Part shown: positions 1 through 13,135 of the stretch, piece after piece | How positions within the stretch are numbered: the stretch's first letter is position 1 | Layout: every line of letters begins with the position of its first letter | From: Felis catus | Taxonomy: Eukaryota | Assembly (NCBI RefSeq): GCF_018350175.1 | Contig: NC_058368.1 | Span: 67,086,001-67,150,000 of the forward strand | Direction of reading: 5' to 3' | DNA: 64,000 bases | Notes under the pieces: generated by a model | The model's database searches: none | What the model was told of the DNA's origin: nothing | Seen by the model: the letters and a program-made list of their open reading frames with translations, nothing else | Translations under genes and position numbers: made by a program

Positions 1-874
1 TCCAACAGGTTACATGCGCTTCTGTTCACCCGAGGGCCTCCAACCTTCCACATGTGATAGAATCCACGTCGATGTTTACAGCATATAGTTGTAAGACTCG
101 CAAACCTTAATAACCTTGGATATATATTCACGACCGAAGTAAACTGCTAATGGCAAGCAGAAGTGTAACTCATTCACTTTTAATACAAAACACTTCACAT
201 CTCTGAGCTTCAACACAACCGCCATCTTTCATAGTATATTGTTCAGTCCAATTTTCTAGCTCGTTGAGAACATTCTCCAGCTGCTGCTGAGTGATTTCCT
301 AAATTGCATTCGTGCTCCCTGCCCTAAGTTTCCCCAAAGAACGTGGTTCTGATTAGCAAACAACAATTTTAACAAGCTTGCTTCTATCAAGTGTATATCC
401 AAAGCCATTAAACCCGAAAGGTGCGAGAGGACTTTATAAATACCTCCTGGGTTCAAAGAAGAACCCGGGAGAGTTTCTGTGATAAGCACAATGATACTTG
501 GCAATTAGAAGGTCATCTTCTCCCCTCCCAAGTGACACAAACTCAATGGCCAGCGGAAACTGTTCTTATAGCGATAGAGAGCTTGTGCGCAATACCCACC
601 CCCCGCCCAGGTTGGGGAGACACATTTGTGAGCCCGGGGGTGGGGGGGCACTGGGGACAGGGAGGCTGGGCTACTCCTGATGCCACCGAGGGAGGGGGTT
701 GGAATCTCTGTCACCGAACTCACTAACAAGCCACAAGGCACTTCCCTAAGGGAAAATTCATCCAGTGGCGATCAGGAAGGGATGGGCAAGGAGGTCGGAT
801 CAAAGAGCTGGAGGCCATGTCAGGTATCAGCTGCTCGGCTCTCTGCATTCTGAAAAATTCAATGCTGCCATGCT

Positions 875-1030
875 TCTTTTTTTCTTTAATTACAGTAAAA
901 TAAATAGAAGATCTACGATTTTAACCATCTTTAAGCATAGAGCTCAGCAGCATTACGGACACTCACACCGTTGTGCAACCATCACCACCACCCATCTCCA
1001 GAACTTGTCATCATCCCAAAACGAAACACT
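875..1030 (-). mobile_element. Old L1 (L1MB-like) 3'-end fragment
   Basis: T-run followed by ttttaaccat...gttgtgcaaccatcaccacc...catctccagaact, a typical reverse-strand L1MB 3' UTR. Confidence 0.7.
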
Positions 1031-1169
1031 TGGTACATACACGCTCTAGGGGAGAAATGACAGGAACCCACACTCAGGGGACACGGAGTCCCAGCTCCTC
1101 GTATCCAGAACGCAGAACTGCCTCACACTGCTCTCTCTGCTAGAATCTCTTTACTTTGCTACTTGGGAC

Positions 1170-1475
1170 TTGTTGTAAATGAACTGTGTCCTCCCCAAAA
1201 TTCACATGTTGATGCCTTAAGCCCCCAATACTTTAGAATTTGGTGACAGGGCCTTCAAGGGGTAATTAAGTGAAAATGAGGCCTTGATGACAGGTCCTTA
1301 TCCAATCTGACTGGTGTCCTTAGAAGAGATTAGGACATAAGGAAAAAGACACCATGGGTGCACGCGCACAGAGGAGGGGCCGTGTGAGGACACAGCAAGG
1401 GGGCGGCCATCAGCCAGCCACGGAGAGAGGTCTCAGGAGAAACGAAGGGGCCGACACCCTGGTCTGGACTTTCAA
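1170..1475 (+). mobile_element. MaLR LTR remnant (MLT1A/B-like)
   Basis: tgtgtcctccccaaaattcacatgttga...ccaatctgactggtgtcctt...gtgaggacacagcaag...gccgacaccctggtctggactttc. Confidence 0.75.
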
Positions 1476-2376
1476 CATCATTTGCAAGAACCTCTACCTC
1501 CGTGCACACATTAGGGCTTCAGGAAATGCACTTGAAAGCGCTCACCGGCTTTAATAACAGTAAGCTAACTGTGGGGTAGATCTGGATGCTGTTTTAGCAA
1601 GAGTGAGCTCACGATGCTTCTGCATACGCCAGTCTACACTCAGTCCACAGGAAGCATCAGTCACGTATGTTAGCTTCCAGTACTTACATCAGTGGTTTCA
1701 CGACTGAGCAAGAGCTGATGAAAACCAATTCCCAAAACACAAAGTGACAGCCAGGAGATAAGCTAGATTCTGGGTATCTAGTTTCAAATTCAAGTTACCC
1801 CTACATGTGGGGGCCCTTACCTATTAATTTTAAGAATCCATGAAGCAACACTCAATTATTGAAACCATCCTGTGATACGGGATAAGTCATTCTTAAACTA
1901 TTCTAGACTTTACCAAGTACTTCCTAACCTACGGGATAATTAGCACAAACCAGCAAACTGCACTTCTAAATGTGCCATCAACAAAAATGATGAAGGAAAA
2001 GAACCTGGCAGCCAAGCACCACGTTACTGAGTCCCATTCTTCAATTCAGAAAACCGTCCAGCATCCTCCTTATTCCACCAACAACGTCTTGTTTATCACC
2101 TACAAGTAGCAAGGGTAAATCTGCCATCTATTTCTTAACCCCCTAAAGCCTGTTCTCCACTCACCGCCCGCCCCCGACGCAGTAAGCACCGACTGCATCT
2201 TCCCCCTTGTTCCCCGAAAATGTCTCTAAAACGGATCGTCTGTGGAGGGAAGGGAGGAGAAAGACGGCCGCCAGAGCAGAAGCAGCGGAGTCTACCGAGG
2301 TGTCCAGGCTTTCCTGAGCCCTCTTCCCCAAACCCCACGCGGTTCTTAGCAGAAGTGACCGGAGCAGGCAAACTCA

Positions 2377-2508
<132 letters not shown>

Positions 2509-2719
2509 CTAACCCCACCCCCTCCTCTCCAAGGCCCGACGGCGTTCAGCAACAACACGGGTCGCGTTCACGCGGAGAGCCGCCGTAATAACGCGAGATT
2601 CGTGCTTCCCACTACGCCCCCCGCCCCCCCCACCCCGCGCAGCCGCAGGTGGTTTCGGGTGAGGCGCCCTGGGAGCCGCAAACAGCGCAGGCGCGGGAGG
2701 GCAACCAAACCGCGATTAC

Positions 2720-2814
2720 CTCGCGAGGTTGACCCGGGCCTTCTGCCCCCCGCTCAGTGTGGCTCCCCGATCGCCTATCACGGTCAGATCTCCGTCCTCC
2801 AAAAGCTGCAAATC
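2720..2814 (-). CDS. ABCC4: ABCC4 exon 12, 95 nt, ABC signature motif
   Basis: cgtgcag|GATTTG...GCGAG|gtaatc; [31 protein letters not shown](R). Confidence 0.97.
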
Positions 2815-3009
2815 CTGCACGGAGACACAAAGAAGAAGAAAACGATGTAAAATATATCCTCCTGTCGTCCAAGACTTTCAGCACCGGTTCTTCATACGCG
2901 TATGGGATCAACTACAATAGATGATATTTCAAAGAGACAGAATTGTAACCCTGAACCTTTCCGACAAACTCAGGGCTTTTTGTTTTCATTCGGCAGCTTT
3001 TCCCCACAG

Positions 3010-3860
3010 TATTTATGCATTTCACCATTTTAACAGATGTTTTATTGAACATCGACTGTATGTCTGGCATTGTTCTGGGCACAATGAATTTGGTTGTAGG
3101 AAGACAGTCCTTTGAGTTTCCGTGGAGGGAGACTGACAATATGAAAAATTAGCATGAGTGCAAGTCCTAAGAAGAAAAAGGAAGGCGGCTCAGGGGGAGA
3201 GGGGCAGGGGAAGTGCATCCTACATGGGGGTCAGGAAGGTCTCTGATCAGAGGGGCTTTCACAGATAAGTGCACCTGCAGAAACTGAAAAGCAGTCCATG
3301 TGCAGGAACAAGCAAGCACAAAGGCCATGGGGCAGATGGGTGCCCAAGGTGTTGGAGGACTAGCAGGCAGGCCAGCAGAGCTAGACAGAGTGAGAAAAGA
3401 ATGGGGAGAGCAAGGGCAGAGGTAAGGGGGCGGGGGGCATGTTTCACTCCCAGTGAAATGGGGAGGAGGACATGACCTGGCTTAGGTTTTTGAGAAATCC
3501 CTCTTGCCTCTCTGTGGAAAAGAGATGGTACGGGCATCCAGTGAAGGCAGGGCACACATCAGGAGGGTTCTGCAAGAACGTAGGTGAGAGCAGGCTGTGG
3601 CTGGAACCAGAGTGAGAACAGCAGAAATGGAGAGCAGTGGTCAGGTTCCGGGCAAATTTCAAAGGTTGAGCCTGTAACACCTGTTGATGAAGGGGTGGGG
3701 TCGTGGTGGCAGAAGAGGAGCGATGTATCGTCCTCCACGTGAGAAAGGGGAAGAACTGCCTCACCGGCTACTGAGCTGGGCAAGACAGCAGATGCAACTT
3801 GAGATCGTGGTTATGGGCAAGCCAAGATGCCTACGGAGGACATCAGGTTGCAGCTGGACG
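3010..3860 (-). mobile_element. L2 LINE 3' fragment (ancient)
   Basis: ttttattgaacatcgactgtatgtctggcattgttctgggcac 3'-terminal motif followed by degenerate purine-rich L2 body. Confidence 0.6.
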
Positions 3861-3962
3861 TGCAAGTCTGGAGGTCTGTGCCAAGGGCTACTTGTGCAAG
3901 CTGGTGGCACACACATGACTTGGAAAGCCATGGGACTTCCTTTATCAAAGAACAAGTGTGGG

Positions 3963-4170
3963 TTTTTTTTTTTATTTAATGTTTACTTATTTTTGAGAGA
4001 GAGTATGAACAGGGGAGGGGCAGAGAAAGAGGGAGACACAGAATCTGAAGAAAGCTCCAGGCTCTGAGCTGTCAGCACAGAACCTGACACAGGGCTCAGA
4101 CTCACGAACCATAAGATCATGACCTGAGCCAAAGTCGGACACTTAGTTGACTGAGCCACCCAGGCGCCCC
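3963..4170 (-). mobile_element. Can-SINE (SINEC_Fc-type)
   Basis: Reverse tRNA-derived head (...ccacccaggcgcccc), (AG)n region, T-tail; TSD aaagaacaagtgtg. Confidence 0.93.
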
Positions 4171-4265
4171 TAAAAGAACAAGTGTGTCTTAACCAGCCAG
4201 TTTGCTGATCTCAACCTCAGCCTCCCACCCTCAGAGAAGGTTAACACCTGACCCTTGTCTTCTAC

Positions 4266-4622
4266 TTGTTTGTTTGTTTGTTTGTTTATTTATTTAGAGA
4301 GAGAGAGAGAGAGAGACCATAAGCAGGGGAAGGACAGAGATAGGAGGAGAGAGAATCCCAAGCAGGCTTCCCGCTGTCAGCACAGAGCCCAGTGCAGGGC
4401 TTGAACCCGTGAACCATGAGATCATGACCTGAGCTGAAGTTGGGACACTTAAACAACTGAACCACCCAGGCACCCCGTCACATTTTTTTTAGGTTTATTC
4501 GCTTTAAAAATGCTGACAGCACAGAGCCTGACGCGGGGCTCAGTCTCACAAACTGTGAGATCATGACCTGAGCCGAAACCAAGAGTCGGACACTTAACCG
4601 AATGAGCCACCCAGGCGGCCCC
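4266..4622 (-). mobile_element. Two tandem Can-SINEs (4266-4476 full; 4483-4622 lacking CT region)
   Basis: Two reverse heads ending at 4476 and ~4622; cccttgtcttc flanks the pair. Confidence 0.9.
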
Positions 4623-4863
4623 CTTGTCTTCACATTTAAGGCATGGTGATAGAGTGACTCACGAGATCTGTACAAGAAACAAGAAGAGTAGTCTGGAAAG
4701 GAAAAACAAAAGGGAAGTGTTCAAGAGACACCGAGGTGATCAGCTGAATTAAGTGGATGCTTGTTCCACACAAGCCAGGTGGAACTCAAAGCTAAGAAGA
4801 AGCTTCATGCTTTCATGTGAAGATCTAGGAATCTATCAAGTTATATATGAATATTATTTAAGA

Positions 4864-6040
4864 AATAAACTCAAAATGGATAAAGGACCTGAACGTGAGA
4901 CAGGAAACCATCAAAACCCTAGAGGAGAAAGCAAGGGAAAACCTCTTTGACTTCAGCCGCAGCAATTTCTTACTCGACACATCTCCCAAGGCAAGGGAGT
5001 TAAAAGCAAAAATGAACTATTGGGACCTCATCAAGATAAAAAGCTTCTGCCCTGCAAAGGAAATAATTAACAAAACTAAAAGGCAGACAGAATGGGAAAA
5101 GATATTTGCAAATGACATATCGGACAAAGGGCTAGTATCCAAAATCTATAAAGAGATCACCAAACTCTACACCCAAAAAACAAATAATCCAGTGAAGAAA
5201 TGGGCAGAAAACATGAATAGACACTTCTCTAAAGAAGACATACAGATGGCCAACAGGCACATGAAAAGATGCTCAACATCACTCCTCATCAAGGAAATAC
5301 AAATCAAAATGACACTCAGATATCACCTCACACCAGTCAGAGTGGCTAAAATGAACAAATCAGGAGACTACAGATGCTGGCGAGGATGTGGAGAAACGGG
5401 AACCCTCTCGCACTGTTGGTGGGAATGCCAACTGGTGCAGCCTCTCTGGAAAAGTGTGGAGGTTCCTCAACAAATTAAAAATAGATCTACCCTACAACCC
5501 AGCAATAGCACCATTGGGAATTTGCCCAAGGGATACAGCAGTGCTGAAGCATAGGGGCATATGTACCCCAATGTTTATAGCAGCGCTTTCAACAATAGCC
5601 AAATTATGGAAAGAGCCTACATGTCCATCAACTGATGAATGGATAAAGAGGTTGTGGTTTATATACACAATGGAATACTACTTGGCAATGAGAAAGAATG
5701 AAATCCGGCCATTTGCAGCAACATGGATGGAACTGGAAGGTATTATGCTAAGTGAAATAAGTCAGAGAAAGACACATGTTTTCACTCATAGGTGGATCTT
5801 GAGAAACTTAACAGAAGACCATAAGGGAGGGGAAAGGGGGAAAAAAAGTTACAAAGAGGGAGGGAGGCAAACCATAAGAGACTCTTGGATACTGAGAACA
5901 AACTGAGGGTTGATGGGGGTTGGGAAAGAGGGGAAGGTGGGTGATGGGCACTGAGGAGGGCACTGTTGGGATGAGCACTGGATGTTGTATGGAAACCAAT
6001 TTGTCAATAAATTATATTAAAAAAAAAAAGAAAGAAAGAA
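4864..6040 (+). mobile_element. 5'-truncated carnivore L1: ORF2 C-terminus (frameshifted), 3' UTR and A-rich tail; antisense to ABCC4
   Basis: ORFs 4895-5554 and 5388-5906 give L1 ORF2 C-terminal peptide including [18 protein letters not shown] zinc knuckle and IYTMEYY; aataaa + poly(A) at ~6006-6029; likely TSD aagaaat at a ttt/aaga site. Confidence 0.95.
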
Positions 6041-7789
6041 AGAAATGAACCAATCATAGTACCTGGAGAAAAAAAAAAGGGAGTAATAAGAACATCCCCT
6101 AAAGGACAGGGTAACAGGTTTAATTACCTTGTATTAGAAACCTTTATTTAGATGGCTTGTAATTGTCACTAAACAGGTCCTAGCATCGACAAGCAGAGTG
6201 TGGGGGAGTTTGCTGGTTACCTACCACACCTCTCAAGCACAGACTTAGGATACACAGCAACACTTTCTACGGATAAACCCTCATCTCTTCGTCTCTAACT
6301 TTGGCAAATCTGGGAGAAAGCAAGTGGCATGCTAGAATGTCCATGACAAGCATGTCCACTGATCTCCTTAAGCCTCTTTTTCCTCTTCTACAAGATGTGC
6401 TGGAGAGACAAGAATGGCTAAGCTCAAGGATGCCGTGACAATCAAAACCGTGGACAAACACCTTCTATACGTAGGAAAAGGACACAAATCATCATAACCT
6501 GCTATTCGTGGCTGATACAGATTTTCTGATCAAACCAACAGTGGGACCCCTCAGGGTGAATCACAACATGCCAAGCACGCCACCAAAAGGAGAAAGGAGA
6601 GAGAGCACCCCATCCTAACCCGTTCCCTGACAGCATACAAAGACTCCCAGAATTCCCTGCATGCTCAGAGCCTAAGTGGATTACAGTAAATGAAAGGCAG
6701 CAACTGGTCAATCATGAAAATCCACTATTTCACATGGAGTTTTTTTTGCTGAGCTCAGAAGTCAACACCACTGCTTGCTTTTGGCTTTCCATTAAAAACA
6801 ATGGGCCATTTTGAGATAGGCTCCCAGCCTCCACCCACCCACAGTTTACTTGGCCTCCAAGTCACTGTTGACAGTCCTTGCAAAGTGTTCTTAGGTTTTT
6901 ATGCCTTGATTTTATATTGCTTTGTTTTCCTTCTAAAATAGCACCAGATTGTGGCAGAGCAATCTTAGCCATTTTCTAGAGAAGGCACTTAAAATCCACC
7001 CTTTCACTTAGCACAGTTAGGGAATACGGAACGGACGCTCTCTGAGCCCAGTAGTAGGATTTTTTAGTGTGTTGTTGACTCTGCAAACTATGGACAAGCA
7101 TCAGATGGGGGGATGGGGGAGGGGAGTGGGGACAACATTTCAAAGAATATGAAGTGAAATCTGAGTCAGGCTAATTTTCGAACCATAATTTTTCTGTTTC
7201 AGTTAAAGGAGAAAAGCCTGAGTTGAGCATAATATTTCAAATTCTCCCAATCTCCCAGTGAGAAGAAGATATTCTAATGTTAGTTACATCACAGTGACAT
7301 TTAACCAACTCTTTCCTCTGTAATGGTTTTCACTAAAAAGCACACAAACAAGACCAGAGGAAAGCCAAGAAACAGCGATGCTGGGTTGATGCCACCAGGC
7401 CCAAAACCTGTGTCGAGTGCCCTCTGGCAATGGTGGAGACTTCGGTAGAAATACCACTGAGCAGACTGTTGACAGTCTAGGAGAGCCAGACTCGAGGCCT
7501 GGGGGGCAAAGGAGGGCTGGATCCCGAGTCAAACAGCCTGAGTTCCGAGGCTTTGTTCCTAACATTTCTCCCATGATTGGCCTTCCTATCGTGGCCTGTC
7601 GGCTCCCCAACCATCCTCGAGCTTCCTGAATCAGAACTCACCCTTTTTCTACTACACTCCCAAGACCTTGATTTCTCAGGAAGGGCCCACCATATTCTGC
7701 TTCATAATTTGTACACGCATGCACGGTTTATCTCCCCAGCTCCTAGAGGGTAAGATTTATGCACCAAGCCTGGTGCCCGGTTGTCTGAC

Positions 7790-7945
7790 AGTGATTATCT
7801 CTAATCCTCACAAGCTGCAAAGAATTAGCCCCACTTCACAGATGGGGAAACTGAGATGAGGTTACATAACAGTCTGAGGACTGCCAGCTGTTAAATGGAA
7901 TGGATGGAATCTGAATGAAGTTTGTCTCTATTCATAGCCTTTTAC
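7790..7945 (-). mobile_element. MIR fragment
   Basis: aatcctcacaa...cccacttcacagatggggaaactgag core. Confidence 0.65.
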
Positions 7946-8008
7946 TCTTCCTTCCTCATCAAGCTGCCCCAAGTGGTTACTGAAAAATATATTTAAAAGT
8001 ATATTTAA

Positions 8009-8201
8009 GGGCACCTGGGTGGCTCAGTTGGTTAAGCGTCTGACTTCGGCTCAGGTCACGATCTCACAGTTCATGAGTTCGAGCCCCTCGTCGGGCTCTG
8101 TGCTGACAGCTCCAAGCCTCCTTTGGACTCTCTGTCTCTCTGTCTCTCTCTCTGCCTCTTCCCTCCTTGTGCTCTTTATCTCTCAAAAATAAACATTTTT
8201 T
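8009..8201 (+). mobile_element. Can-SINE
   Basis: gggcacctgggtggctcag head, CT region; TSD aaagtatatttaa. Confidence 0.93.
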
Positions 8202-8879
8202 AAAGTATATTTAAAATAAAAAGTATACTTATAATATCAAAAGCAAGACTTGAAGAGTTCTCTATACACACACAAGTATCGATAAACTTAGTCTCCGTAT
8301 TTTGATTAGCCTTATAGATCCCTTTTGTACTTATTTATTTCCTATGTCATAGGTAAAAGCTCTCTCAAGTGAGAGATGAAAAACTAAAGATAAAACAATA
8401 ATCATTTTACAACCGTCAATGTTATCAGAAAAGAAAATGTCCAAGCTGGCAGAAATGTAGTAAATAGAAGAAACTGTAAGCCTGTGAGCACCCCAGAGAG
8501 GCTTATAAATTCGAGTGACCTATGTGAGAAAATACTAAACTTGAATTTATCAATATTACACCTTCAAGTATGTATTACCCAAAAATGCTAAAAAGTCTTC
8601 CAACGTAAAATAGCCAGACAAATGTCATGTGATACATTGCTTATCTTCTGTTAGACACTATCTTTGTTGGTGGTTTATGTAATGTACTACGTTAGAGCAC
8701 CTATAACAAATATCACCTCAAATAATGGAAGTTATATACTCAAATACCTTCTTTTCTAACATGTCACATTTTATAGAGGTGATTCTACACAAAACTGGCT
8801 GCTCTTTTATTAATTAAGAGGCAGTATCTCTTGAACACTATTCTAACATTTATAGAATGCTTGTTACGTCCCTAGCAAT

Positions 8880-9055
8880 CAGGTGCTTTAAGAAAGTTAT
8901 TGCATTTTGTCCTAAAAAATACCACATGAGGTTGATCATCTCCATTTCATAGACGAAGAAACTCAAGCTTTGTAACCCGAATCACAGAACTGGTAAATAG
9001 ACTGAGACTCAATCCACAACTGTCTGCCTCCAGGGCCTTAGACTTAACCAGCTGT
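8880..9055 (-). mobile_element. MIR fragment
   Basis: ccatttcatagacgaagaaactcaagct...actgtctgcctccagggcc...cttaacca. Confidence 0.6.
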
Positions 9056-10698
9056 TCCCTAAACTATACTCTGTAACTTGCTACAGTGTCGCTCTGAGTA
9101 TGTCATCAGTCTAAATGGATGTTGCTAAATGTGATTACTTCATATCCTATTTTATTTCAGAAATATTATCTGCTCAATGACTTAAGTAAACTTCAATTAG
9201 ATCTAGTGTAACACATCTAGTTGTTAGTAATATACACATAACATAAGAAATGTTGCCCTTTTTTGTTTTGTTTTCCCTCCAGATTTAAGGGAGGCTGTAA
9301 GGAGAAATCTCTATTATATTTATATGTATATACGAATTTAGAGAAAAGGACTATAATTGTAACAATAGCTACCATTTTTCAAAAACCCAACATGTCTGCT
9401 TAGTCTCGACAGAAGTCCCATATGCCCACCATTTAATAAGGAAATGGACTAACATCCCAAGTTAATTCTCGAGACTGTCTCTCTCCAAAGGCCAAGGCCT
9501 TTCTACTACACATGCAGTCTTCGTATCTACGGGCAACATAATTCCAGGACGCCACAACTCTCTGTAGCCATCTTATGCCCATCTGTTGACACATGGGTTC
9601 CAAGAGGAGACAAGCAAAAGATCTCATAACTCATCAGGTGGTTCTGTGGTTTCCTAAAGCCCTTACCAATCACTAAACAGAGTCATAGATGGCATTTGAG
9701 AACTGCAGCCAAACTTCTTGGAAATCTTCAGACCCACTGTCGTCACTTGGAGCAGACGGGAGAAGCCCAGACAGGTAACAGGATGTGTCTGAAGTGACAA
9801 GGCTGGGGCCAGGACTCCACCCTTCACTACATCTCCACGCTGCGCCTCCTTTTCTGTCCAGGAGGGAAGGAGCACATGGGGCCCTGACCCCACATGCCGT
9901 GTCACTCAGAATAGGTAACCGTCCGTGTTTATCAACATGGAACCATGAATACAAGAATCGCAGCACAGCCCGCCTTGCAGGGGCCCTTCCCGCCAGAGTC
10001 CACGTGCCCCAGAGGTGGCCCACACACTGGTCCAGTCGTCCCATGTGGCGGTGGCAAAGGCATCAGTCCCTGGGGAAAACGCTGAATGGCAGCCACTGTC
10101 CCAACACGTGCTTTTCTCCAGGGATGGTCAAATGTGGGGAGTAGAAAGGCAAGGCTGAGCTATCACCAGAAAAGCAAGGCCGTGCAAAGAAACAGGCAAA
10201 CACTGGCCTGGCTCTTCGGAATCTGCTCTGGGCATCAGGAGTTAGGCTTGAGGAAGGTGAAAAGAAAATGCCTGTGTTCTGTTCATTGTATACTCCACAC
10301 CCTGCCTTCTTCAATTGTCCCATTTAAAAAAATATATCACATAATTTACTCATTATTATAAGAAGTGACAGCTATTTGGGCTAAAAATAAGTTTAATGCC
10401 CCTGTTTTCAGGAATGCTCTCCCAGCCTCTGTGGCAACGGAATATAATTTCTCGTGTTAGGGGCCAAGAGTTAAACATAGCATTTACAACTGGCTCAGTG
10501 TTGAAGGAGGCAAGTTAAGGCAAAAACTTTTCCTTTTCTATCTTACGTGAAAACGCTGTTCCTGATTGGAGCACATATGTATCTGTCTGAGTCTTCTTGG
10601 CCACACAGAATTTCAGTACTTTTCTATTACTCTTAAAAATTCTTCTTCCTGGACACTCATAGCACCTCTATTTAAATCATTTAAAGGGTAGTTACATT

Positions 10699-11001
10699 GG
10701 GCACCTAGGTGGCTCAATAGGTTAAATATCTGACTTCGTTCAGCTCAGGTCATGATCTCATGGTTCCTGAGTTCGAGACCCACACTGGGTGAGCATGAAC
10801 TCTGCTTTGGGTGAGCCAGAGCCCAGGTGAGCCCCCTCCTCTTTCCCTCTCCCTCTCTCTGCCCTTTGATAACTTGCACGTGCATTCTCTCTTTCTCTCT
10901 GTCTCTCTCAAAATAAATAATAAATAAATAAATAAATAAATAAATAAAATATATATAAAATATAAATTAAATTAAATTAAATTAAATTAAATTAAATTAA
11001 A
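10699..11001 (+). mobile_element. Can-SINE variant (SINEC_Fc3-like) with (AAAT)n/(AATTA)n tail
   Basis: Head followed by repeated ggtgagc motifs in place of the usual body; compound microsatellite tail 10911-11001. Confidence 0.85.
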
Positions 11002-12619
11002 TAGTAGTTATGTCGAACAAGGTTACCTAGTAGTTTATGAGCTGAAAAGGCAGTGGTGTAAATATGAGAAGGAAAACTTCAGCTCCTGGTACCCAGTTAG
11101 GGTTGTAATCTTCACACGTGCACAACGTCAAGGTACGTGGACCACACGGTGGCCTCTTCGGCCCCTCGCTCCCGGCAGTCATTGCGTTGAGGAGACTCAC
11201 CCTCGTGGTATCACATGCCACGTCCACAAGTACTTGATGACTGTCTGCCTAAGGAACTTCTCCAGTTATATCTGAATTAACTGTTGCTACTCTGTGTACA
11301 TGCCTGTTGTATGCTCAAAGTTGACGTCCTCGAATCCAGCTCTGGATGTTAACTGCTGCATCATCCCCATTTTTCTAAATGCTCCACAACACCGTTCCTG
11401 GAGCGGAGCTGACGTCCTACCCTCGCCCACCAGGCTTGCAGGTGGGCTACTGGGGCCACTGCCTCTCGGCGTCTGGCTTCTCACCGGTGTCAGTACTGGC
11501 CTCCGCCTCAATTACCCAACTTTAAAAATCGCTCTTCCTTATAAACTCCCTCTGCTGGGAGGCGTCGTGGCCCCGTGAAGCATGGAATCTGGGGTCATGA
11601 AAAATCTGAACTTGAGCTGCAGATGTTTACGTGAATTGTTTCATCTCTATAAGCCTCAGTTCTAGCAACTATAAAATGAGGGTGGTGCATGCCATCAAAA
11701 GCACTGGTAAAAGATTAAAAACTGGTATGTGTGTGTGCGTGGGTGGGTGGGTGGGCAGATGTGTGTGTGTGTGCGCACGCACGACAGGCAAAAGAGTGAT
11801 TAGCACGTGGACTCCAAATAAATGGCAGTTATCACCACTGCTTTCTCCCTCTCCTCACACAGTATACACCATTGAACAAAAATCTCGCTCACCACTGCTA
11901 ACCTGATGTCATTTCTGAAAACACATAATCTCTCATTAACAATGACCCAGGGGAAAGAAATAGAAGCCCATTAAACAAGCAATTATGTTTTGTCCACATC
12001 ATAAAATGCTACTCGCCTGATAAAATCTATCATGTTCAAGCCATTGTTCAAGCAAAATTACTATTTCCTCACTACACTGGCTGGGAGCCTTCAATTCCAT
12101 ACCTTTAAAAGTCTGTCCTGGCCTTTTCCACACAGTATAAAAGAACAGTCGGATGTCCAGCCTGCATCGAGCAGACCCCAGGGAGAGCCCTTTATCGCCA
12201 TTATCCACTGATTTTTATAACCCAAAGGGAGTCACATAATATTTATCACTACAGACCGTTTTGTTTTCCTTTTTGCTAAATTATACTGTCCTATCAAGTA
12301 AGTTCAGTTTTTATCATTCATTCATCAATTTTATTTAAATCCCAAGTACAGTTCAACATTTCACCTCGCCATTTTCTGCAAAAACAATGATGTAGTATTC
12401 AAAATAAATTTGAAAACATTTCCTTTTCTTAAAATAATAAATCGCAAGTTAAAAATCAAGTGGAGAGGAAACCTAGAGACTGCAAGGGACCCCAGATATA
12501 AATCAGCCAAGAGCAAAGTACAGACCTGACGTGGGGTCTGACTCAAACCAATGGCTGACCAGGTTTCCTGCTGAGATAATTAACGAAATGTACACGTGGA
12601 CTAGGACAGTGATGATATT

Positions 12620-12900
12620 AAGGACCTGTGGTCACTTTTCAAGGGTGATAACATGGTTTCTTTTCAGAGGACTTCTTATCTTTTAGAGATAATGAAGGAA
12701 ACATGTGCAGACGAACTACAGGAGGGCTACGTTCTGCATCAGAATATTTCGGGGTGTGGGTAAGGCTGGCAGAGGGCAGGGGGAATGGTCAGCCTTACTC
12801 CTCCTCCCCCAGCAGAGCATGGTTAAAGCTGGGGGATGGGTACATGAGGGCTCTTTACACTATTCTTTTTTTTTTTTATAACTGTCCATTTAAAAAGTGC
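12620..12900 (+). mobile_element. Old L1 (L1MC/ME-like) 3' UTR fragment
   Basis: gtgataacatgg...cttatcttttagagata...aagctgggggatgggtacatgagggctctttacactattc. Confidence 0.6.
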
Positions 12901-13135
12901 AAAGTGAATAAAACTTCACAAAACAAGAGAAGCATCCTGTGATCCTCATGACATCAGGATTAAAACAGCAGTGCCTCTGTGCAGTTACATGTGGTGCGTC
13001 TGCCCACAAGACCAGCTTGAAGTATTAAATAATGTCCAAAGAGCTTTCAAAAAAAAAAAAGGAACTCAACCTTGTCATTTCAATCAACACTATTATTACT
13101 TGAAATTCAAACGTGTGTAACTCAAAAGTCCTTAC

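Noticed and set aside
4895..5906. 219-aa and 172-aa ORFs as a host gene or active retroelement
   Set aside because: Frameshifted ORF2 tail of a 5'-truncated L1 with no promoter, ORF1, endonuclease or RT domain
11200..11248. Possible cryptic minus-strand exon with a strong AGG|gtgagt donor
   Set aside because: The upstream acceptor has only a very short pyrimidine tract with competing AGs; insufficient support
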